A program made the translations under genes and the position numbers. Below are positions 55,464 through 64,000 of a stretch of 64,000 nucleotides of DNA, piece after piece. Within the stretch, counting starts at the first letter, position 1. Every line of letters begins with the position of its first letter. The DNA comes from Eledone cirrhosa. Its lineage: Eukaryota. The stretch covers positions 114,886,001 through 114,950,000 of the forward strand of contig OZ024743.1 of NCBI GenBank assembly GCA_964016885.1, written 5' to 3'. The notes beneath the pieces were generated by a model, which saw nothing but the letters and a program-made list of their open reading frames with translations, was not told the DNA's origin and did no database searches.

Positions 55464-56303
55464 TAATTAATATAAAAGATGATGCTCAGCCAGTTCGTCT
55501 TCAACCATCGCAGCACGCCGTCGCTGCTTGACTCCAGTGTTTCGTTGGCGTTGTTCAGCCAGCTCCTCTTCATTCATGGCGACACGTCTTCGCTTCTGAA
55601 GTTCGGCGTTCCGATGGCGCTGTTCGGTCCGTTTTTCTTCATTCCTGGCTGCACGCTGTCGCCGCTATAATTCACTGTTTGATAAAGTCGAATTGCTTTT
55701 ATTATCAGTATTCATTTCGAGCAATTGTCAAAAAATTACACAATAATAAATATAAAAGATGTACGTCAATGTAAAAAAAAGGTCCCTATTTACTCCCTTC
55801 ACAACTGTGTGTATATTAGACTGACATACAGGCACGCAGACAGATAAACTGCGTGGCGATTGTGGAACGCCGCACGTACACACACATACACGCATGGAAA
55901 CGCGCACACGCACGCAAACTTACACACGCACCCGTGCACTTACACACATGCGCACACACTCACACATGTTGATAGGTTTTACTTTCTGTGGAACGCTGCA
56001 CGCACGCACAAACACATAAACATACGCGCACGTACATACACACGCACACATGTTAATAGTTACTGCTTTCTTTCCCCTCTTATTTCCACACATATCACAA
56101 ACACACATATCTCTACACTGACACATATACATAGTGTATCCAACACAGCGTTCATTTTACTTCTCTGTTTCTCATTGGCATTATGCATATTAATTTCAGT
56201 TTGGCGTCGTTGAGGTGGGCGCAGTCGTTTGAAACCTATGAACCAATGATAATCGAGAATTATGATACACCGAATACTGACATTGTAGAAATTAATATAT
56301 AGA
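55464..56303 (-). mobile_element. Helitron 5' region (module B) with start of the RepHel N-terminal repeats
   Basis: Reverse complement homologue of 57790-58320 and 61227-61397. Starts TCTATATATTAAT. Confidence 0.85.
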
Positions 56304-56656
56304 CTAGCTGACGTACCCAGCTTCGCCCGGGTAAACAGATGATGAGAGAAGACAGGTAAAAGAGAAAATGGCTGTATTGGATGTTTGTCTGGTTACAGTA
56401 TGAGGCAAGTCCGTGGTGTCTGTGTGATACCAAAAACAGTAAGAAAAATCTTCCGGATATACCAGATTCTTCGTTCTACCGTTTGTGCATAGTATATGAA
56501 CAATTCTAGGTGCTCCCACCTAGAATAGTGACCTCTAGGAGATGCTTCATATTCTGCCTGACTGTAAAACGTGTATCATTGAATAGACGTGGTTGTTCCA
56601 CATTTCTCAAAAGGATGATGGAAGTTCCAATCTTTTATATTATATGTAGATATAGA
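56304..56656 (-). mobile_element. Second copy of Helitron module A
   Basis: Highly similar to 55106-55463 with the same termini. Confidence 0.88.
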
Positions 56657-57199
56657 TAATTAATATAAAAGATGTCCGTCAATGTAAAGAAGGTCCCTAT
56701 TTACTTGAAATGGTTTATACAAATGCCATATTAATATGGATATGGATAACATGCTTATCTATAAGTGGTCCGCTATAATAATAAAATAATAAATTATATG
56801 ACACAAAGAGTTATTAAGTAATTTCTAGGTCTTAGCCACTGAGTAATAGACAGTCAATATTGCCCAGAGTTCAACTCGAGGAGGTGGCCTGGTTTGAACT
56901 CCAAATGGCGGATCCTTCTACATCGAAAATAGAATCGTTTTTCAATATTACTCTAGCCCTGGCCGGCCATAGGCCCCAAACCTTTTGCCAGACTCAGCAT
57001 ATGATGAGGTTGTATTACCACTGCAATCAGAAGCGATAAATTTGAAGCCAATTTCTACCACTACTTGTTGGTTTTTATTGCTCTTTACCGACAATAAATG
57101 AAATTGAACATTAATGATAACTCTGTCAAAGCTCACAATACTGATGAAAGGAAACCAATATCCGAATCATTTACGTTGCTTATTGATAGCATTAAAGAT

Positions 57200-57785
57200 A
57201 TGTATACATCAGCTCAAAGCTTCATTATAGACAATATTCAGGGTTGTTCCTCTGTTAGTGGTATCAACTGCAAATTTTATATCATCAGGATCGCACACTC
57301 GAGATGCAGCAACATACAGTTGCCGATGGCCTGAATGCTGGATCATTCAAGTAGACACCGACTCGCTTGAAAGTCTGTCCCTGTGCCTTGTTGACAGTCA
57401 AATTGACGGGAAACTGTCTCCTTTGCCAAATGAATTGCAGCAGATCTTCACTTGGTCTCAGCATGATCCTCGGAATGAGAACCGATTCCTCTCTGCCTGG
57501 GAGTTTAGCTTCTAAAACTCTTCCGTTAATCAATCTCTCAACAATCAATCTGGTACCATTGCAATGATCCATTTTATGATTGATATTTCTAAGCAATATA
57601 ATCTGCATACTCTTTTTCAACCTCAAAATATGTCGGGGGAAATCCGGGTATTTGAAGTGAATTCAGATACTCAGTCGGAACATCCATATTGTTCTGCTGA
57701 TTAGGCTCCATTGTATCCGCACTGACGGTCAACCATTCCTCTCAAGGAAACATTCCGTAAACTTTTGAATTTTGTTCATCGACCG
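57200..57785 (-). pseudogene. Helitron Pif1-family helicase C-terminal fragment
   Basis: IILLRNI..CNGTRLIV..IPRI..RRQFPV..TVNKAQGQT, then QLYVAASRV in a shifted frame. Confidence 0.93.
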
Positions 57786-58157
57786 TTGCGTACGTTCGCG
57801 TATGTTTATGTGTGCGTGCGTGTGTGCAACGTTCCACAGAAAGTAAAAACTATCAACATGTGTGAGTGTGTGCGTGTGTAAGTTTGCGTGCTTGTGCGCG
57901 TTTCCATGCGTGTATGTGTGTGTACGTGCGGCGTTCCACAATCGCCACGCAGTTTATCTATCTGTGTGCCTGTCTGTCAGTCTAACATACACAGAGTTGT
58001 GAAGGGAGTAAATAGGGACCTTTCTTTACATTGGCGAACATCTTTTATATTTATTATTGTGTCATTTATTGACAATTGCTCGAAATGAATACTGATAATA
58101 AAAGCAATTCGACTTTATCAAACAGTGAATTATAGCGGCGATGGCATGCAACCAGCA

Positions 58158-61085
58158 ATGAAGAAAAACGGGCCGAACAGCGCCATCGGAACGCCGAACT
58201 TCAGAAGCAAAGACGTGCCGCCATGAATGAAGAGGAACTGGCTAAAACAACGCCCACAAAACACAGTAGCCAAGTAGCGACGGCGTGCTGCGATGGTTGA
58301 AGACGAACTGACTGAGCATCATCAGCGGATGGCCAGAATTCAGCAGCAACGGCGTGCTGAGATGGATGAAGAGGAGCTGGCTGAACAGCGCCAACGCAAT
58401 ACAGAAGTTCAGAGAATGTGTCGCCAAAGTGCTCCTCATTCCAGTAAAGAGGCTAGAAGGCGAACGGATGATATTAAAAAGGGATCATGGCAACCGTGTT
58501 ATTTTCAGATTGGTGGACGAGCAGAGTGTTCACATTGTGGAGCATTGCCTTGTAGGCACGAAAAGACGTGGACCACAATGTGCTGTCATAAAGGATAAGT
58601 TCAACTAGAACCCTTGCGAATGCTGGATGATGAGGTGTCACCGGAATTTAAAATACTAAATATGATCAAGGAGACCAAGGTAAATTACTGCGGAAATATT
58701 CGCGGCAAATTAACAATTCATTAGCTTTAGCATCGCAGAGAGTTAGTGAAATGTTTGAGAGTGGAGCATGGCAACCAAATGTAGTCATTAAAGGCCGTTT
58801 GTATCATTGTATCGGTAATTTAGAAGTTACCCCAGGAGAGAGGCCTCGATTCGCTCAGATTTACGTTAACGATCCAGATTATAGTGAATCGGAGGAGGAT
58901 ATCAGGATCGGTTGGATGAAGTTGACGGGGAATTTAACTGAACTTGAACGGCAAAGTTTAAGTGATTTGATCCATGATTTGCAATCATGGCTTAGACGGT
59001 GTAATCCTTATGTTATGAATTTCATGTTGGTGGCTGAACTGCAAAATGTTCAGCAACAAACATTGGTGATTAAGGCTGATGCAGTGCCAAGGAATCAACA
59101 CGAAGGGCGATACAATGCCCATGAAGGGTTTCATGAAGTTGCTGTGTTGATGGACGATAAGCCAGGATCAAGAGATATCGTCCTCAATCGCTGAGATGGT
59201 GGTCTCAAGACTATCAATGAGTCAAATAGGGCATACGATCCATTGCATTATGTTCTTTTATTCCCAAAAGGTGAAAATGGATGGAACATGTCTGTTCATT
59301 TAGATGATCATGAGAATCAGCATCAACAGCGAGGTGGCAATAGACACAATAATTCGATTCGCGACTTTTACGCGTTCCATTTGAGCGAGAGGAATCAACA
59401 GAGAAATGCACTATTTCCAACCAGCAGATTGTTCCAGGAATACTGTTGTATGGCATTCGCAAAGATCGAAAATCAAAGGCTAATTTATATAGCTACACAT
59501 CAGCAACATATCAGAGCTGAATTGTATAATAATATACAGGATGCGATAACAGCCGATGATGCCAAATACAAGCAAATTGGTCGACGCATCATTTTGCCAT
59601 CGTCGTTCATCGGTGGCCCGAGATATATGAACATTCGCTATCAGGATGCAATGGCTATTGTCAGAAAGTTTGGAAAGCCAGATTTATTTATAACGGTTAC
59701 ATGCAATCCTGAATGGACTGATATTAAGGATGCCCTTTTGCCAGGACAACAACCAAAGGACCATTCTGATATTGTGGCAAGAGTATTCAAAGGATATCTG
59801 AAAAAGATAATGGATGATGTGGAAAAAGAGGGAATCTTTGGAGGTATAGTTGCTTTTACATACGTAATTGAATTCCAAAAATTAGGATTGCCACATGCAC
59901 ATTTGCTGATAATTTTACATAGAGATTGCAAATTGAGATATGCTGAGGATGTCGACAGCATTGTGTGTGCTGAACTGCCGGAAAATGAGGCACTACGCAA
60001 TTTGATGGCAAAGTCAATGGTGCACAACCAATGCGGAGTGGCATATCGGAAAGCGCCTTGCATGAAAAATGGCCAATGCAGTAAGCATTTTCCGAAATCT
60101 TTTGTCACGAACACTTCCTGGAACGATGGGGATGCTCATCCCTCATACAGAAGACGGTCGCCTGCCGATGGCGGTTTGGTCGAAAATGTAAACGGTCGAC
60201 AGGTTACATTCAATGGGTTGTTCCATACAATCCATATTTGATTATGAAATATCGTTGTCATATTAATGTGGAAATTTGTAGCTCAGTGAAAGCTTGCAAA
60301 TATCTATTCAAATATGTTTACAAAGGTCATGATCGGGCAATGATCAATGTCGGGAATGAGGAAGCGAACCAAGGAGATGAAGTTGGCAGGTTCCAGGATG
60401 TTCGCTCGATTGGATCTAGCGAAGCTTGCTGGAGATTGTTCGATTTTCATCTCAATGAACGCAAACCCAGCGTTCAGAAACTGACGGTTCACTTAGAGAA
60501 TAGGAAAATGGTCTGTTTTCAGGACACTAGAAGAAGTGTCGAAAGAATTGCTAACGCACCACCTCCTAAGACTGAATTGATTGAGTGGTTCAAGCATAAT
60601 AGGGAACATGCTTTGAACCCGGATCAAAGGCAACTCTACTGCGATTTCCTTTCGCACTATACGTGGGATAAGAAGGGAAAGAAATGGAATGATAGAAAAT
60701 GGACGGGTTTGTAATGCCCATCCAGCATCTGGTGATGTCTTTTATCTCCGAATTCTGTAGCATAGTGATTTTTCGAGAGGTAAACAGAGCTTCGCTGATT
60801 TGAAAACAATCAATGGCGTGGAATATGAAACATACCAGGCTGTGTGTCAACATCTGGGACTCCTTCAGGATGACGCTGAATGGAATAACGCCATAGAAGC
60901 TGCAGGAACAACACAGATGCCAGCTCAAATAAGGCAGTTGTTTGTCAGGATTCTAGGATTCTGCAATCCTGCCGATCCAAGAGAGTTATTTGAACGCCTT
61001 TGGGAAATTATGGCTAATGATTTTAGGCATCATCTTCAGATCGATGATCAAAATTTGATGAAGGTTATTGTTTTGCTCAATATTG
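58158..61085 (+). pseudogene. Helitron RepHel N-terminus and HUH Rep domain, disrupted and truncated before the helicase
   Basis: CSHC..CCHKG Zn finger; GRLYHCIG; RFAQIY; RIILPSSFIGGPRYM..YQDAMAIVRKFGKPDLFITVTCNPEW; VIEFQKLGLPHAHLL (HUH); HINVE..KYLFKYVYKG (Y2). Confidence 0.96.
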
Positions 61086-62310
61086 ATTTTTTTTTACTGT
61101 TTTTTGTATCACACAGACAACACCGTCTCTACTCATACTGTAACCAGACAAACAGCCAATACAGTCTCTTTTACCTGTCTTCTCTCATCATCTGTTTACA
61201 CGGGCGTAGCTGGGTACGTCAGCTAGTCTATATATTAATTTCAACAATGTCAGTGTTCCGTGTGTCATAATACTCGATTATCATTGGTTCATAGGTTTCA
61301 AACGACTCCGCCCACCTCAACGACGCCAAACTGAAATTAATATGCATAATGCCAATGAGGGAGTGAGAGGGTAGAGTGTGAACGCTGTGTTGGATACACG
61401 TGGTTGTTCCACGTTTCTCAAAAGGATTATGGAAGTTCCAATCTTTTATATTATATGTAGATATAGATATAGATAATTAATGTAAAAGATGTCCGTCAAT
61501 GTAAAAAAAGGTCCCCATTTACTCCCTTCACAACTCTGTGTATGTTAGACTGACAGACAGGCACACAGACAGATAAACTGCATGGCGATTGTGGGATGCC
61601 GCACGTACACACATATACACGCATGGAAACTTACACACGCACGCAAACTTCCACACACGCACACACTCACACATGTTGATAGTTTTTACTTTCTGTGGAA
61701 CGCTGCATGCACGCACACACACATAAACATACGCGCACGTACATACACACGCACACATGTTAATAGTTATTGCTTTCCTTCCCCTCTTATTTCCACACAC
61801 ATCACACAGACACATGTCTCTACACTGACACATTATTATTGTGTATAAAAAATGACACAATAATAAATATAAAAGATGTTCGGCAATGTAAAAAAAGGTC
61901 CCTATTTACTCCCTTCACAACTCTGTGTATGTTAGACTGACAGACAGGCACACTTACAGATAAACTGCGTGGCGATTGTGGAACGTCACACACATACACG
62001 CACAGAAACGCGCACACGCACGCAAACTTACACACGCACACACTCACACACGTTGATTGTTTTTACTTTCTGTGGAACGCTGCACGCACGCACACACCCA
62101 TAAACATACGCGCACGTACATACACACGCACAGCACACATGTTAATAGTTATTGAACACAGCGTTCACACTCTCCTCTCTCACTTCCTCATTGGCATTAT
62201 GCATATTAATTTAAGTTTGGCGTCGTTGAGGTGGGCGGAGTCGTTTGAAACCTATGAACCAATGATAATCGAGAATTATGACACATGGAATACTGACGGT
62301 CTTCAAATTA
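61085..62310. mobile_element. Scrambled Helitron termini: A 3' end(+), B 5' end(+), A 5' end(-), duplicated B 5' region(-)
   Basis: CAGCTAG|TCTATATATTAAT at 61220-61239. ~360 bp repeats at 61480-61835 and 61850-62155. 62155-62310 is inverted relative to 61230-61392. Confidence 0.85.
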
Positions 62311-64000
62311 ATAAATAGATGTAATGTTGCATGCAGAGTTATGGAAGAATATATGGACAAACGGAGAGGAGGAGGAACTGGGGTATGGAGGAGGAAATGT
62401 AATATAAAGGAGGAGAAAAAAGAAGTGAGAAGGATGATTAGGAGGCGGAAGAGAAGGGAAGAAGAGAGGGGTGCATTTGAGAAAAAGGAAGAAGAGAAGA
62501 TTGAAGAAGAGGAGAGTGGAGGATGAAAAAGAGGAGTAAGAGAAGAAAGAGGAAGGTGAGGAAGAACAGGAGGATGAGGAGAAGAAGGAAAAGAATGAAG
62601 AGTAAGAGGAAGTTATCTTTAGCAGTTAGTATACGTTAGTATACGAGGTTCTGCTAGAACAATTGATTCAAATCTGCATCCCAGTGGGATAATTGGCAAT
62701 GAGTTTACTTTATATCTTTAAAAGAATTTCTGCATCGTCTTCGGGATTGATATAGATATTGTATATTTGATAAGCTTGGTGAAAAAGACCAGTTTATTAA
62801 AGAGATTTTAATACGAATGAGACTGACTGAAGTGATGTATCATACATCACATAAATCAAGAAAGTTGGAACAACTAAAATTTGGAAATACGCCATTCGAT
62901 ATATGTGTGAACTTCATACATCAAAATAAAATAATATCGAGTTTTAAAAGCGTCAGTATTTATTTTGAGGAAGACATAAGAATTGCCGATGGTTATCGCT
63001 TAGAAAACATTGTCTAAATACAAATTATATAGTTATTGACATCTAAGGATCTGCTTTTCAGGAATTTATAGTGCTAAATAGAAAGGTTTGAAATCTGTTT
63101 AATAAATTGATAATATGGGCGAAAGTCGATTAGATTGACCCTCGTATTTAACTGATACTTTAATTGATACCCCCTCCACCGGTAGGATGAAAGGCAAAAA
63201 TGACCGAAGTGGTATTTGAAACCAGACCATAGAAAGTCGCATCTAAATACCGCAAAGCTATTTGTCCGACGCACTACTGATGCTGCCAATCCCACTACTT
63301 TTATCATTATCAATAATTCTAATATCAGCACAAGGTCAGCATGTTTGTTGGGTGGGAATTTCGATTATACCGACTCCAATACTTTACTGGTAATTTATTT
63401 TGTCAAGTCAAGGAGGATGAAAGGCAAAGTTAACATCGGTGGGATTTGAACTCAGAACCTCGTAACTAAATACCGCAAAGCAGTTTATCCGATGGTCTAC
63501 CGACTTTGCCAATCAAGTGCACACAAAAACGCATTGATGATAATAGCTTTCATTATAATCGATTTACAATATAGGGAAAAAACCTCACTCTAATTCAAAT
63601 TATGAAAATGGATACCGGTAACGACGTTACCCTAATTCCAAGAGACCTTAGTATATTACAACTAAATATAGTCTTTTCGCTTTTTTTAAATCATATTTTA
63701 ATTCATAAAATTTGGAACATGGTCGGGAAAATTTATTTGAAACTATTGATTCTAGTTCTCAGAGAAATGTTAGTCTAGCTCAGTTATGATACAGCCGATT
63801 TTTAATTACTACACTTGCAAGACAAGTTCTTCATATATTAATTATCAAAGAGACATGTTTTTTTTTTTTATCAACGGGAGAATTTAATACTCGTTGAAAA
63901 TTTATTGTGATTTAGTTGGTCTTGATGTTCTTATTGCTGCTGGGCTTGCTGTTGTTATTTAGCTCTAGGTCATATCTGATTAAAGTGAACCATGATCAGT

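Noticed and set aside
62300-62620. Glu/Arg/Lys-rich ORF
   Set aside because: Purine-rich (GAG/GAA) low-complexity tract.

Overview
AT-rich, microsatellite-saturated eukaryotic DNA. The SINE families and (TA)n/(CA)n/(GA)n landscape suggest an octopus-like cephalopod, which is inference only. No intact host gene or exon is recognisable, and most listed ORFs are translations of simple repeats. The window is a transposon graveyard. About 1-30 kb is a dense cluster of decayed Penelope-like elements (PLEs; RT + GIY-YIG) of at least three kinds, mostly flanked by (TA)n. About 30-55 kb holds many tRNA-derived SINEs, two Tc1/mariner relics, an RTE LINE and an L1/Tx1-like LINE. About 55-62.3 kb is a rearranged Helitron complex. 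The main hidden layer is RNA structure: I read about a dozen type-I hammerhead ribozyme (HHR) motifs plus several decayed ones, almost all near PLE 3' ends. PLE-borne minimal HHRs are known. Less familiar are HHRs with ~95-110 nt stem-II domains, a candidate strand-permuted (pseudoknotted) HHR at 10331-10408, fold-back palindromes and inversions whose breakpoints fall on ribozyme landmarks, and a 1.4 kb spacerless palindrome with an HHR-like motif near each end. Coordinates were read by eye and may be off by a few bases; no folding or database search was run.
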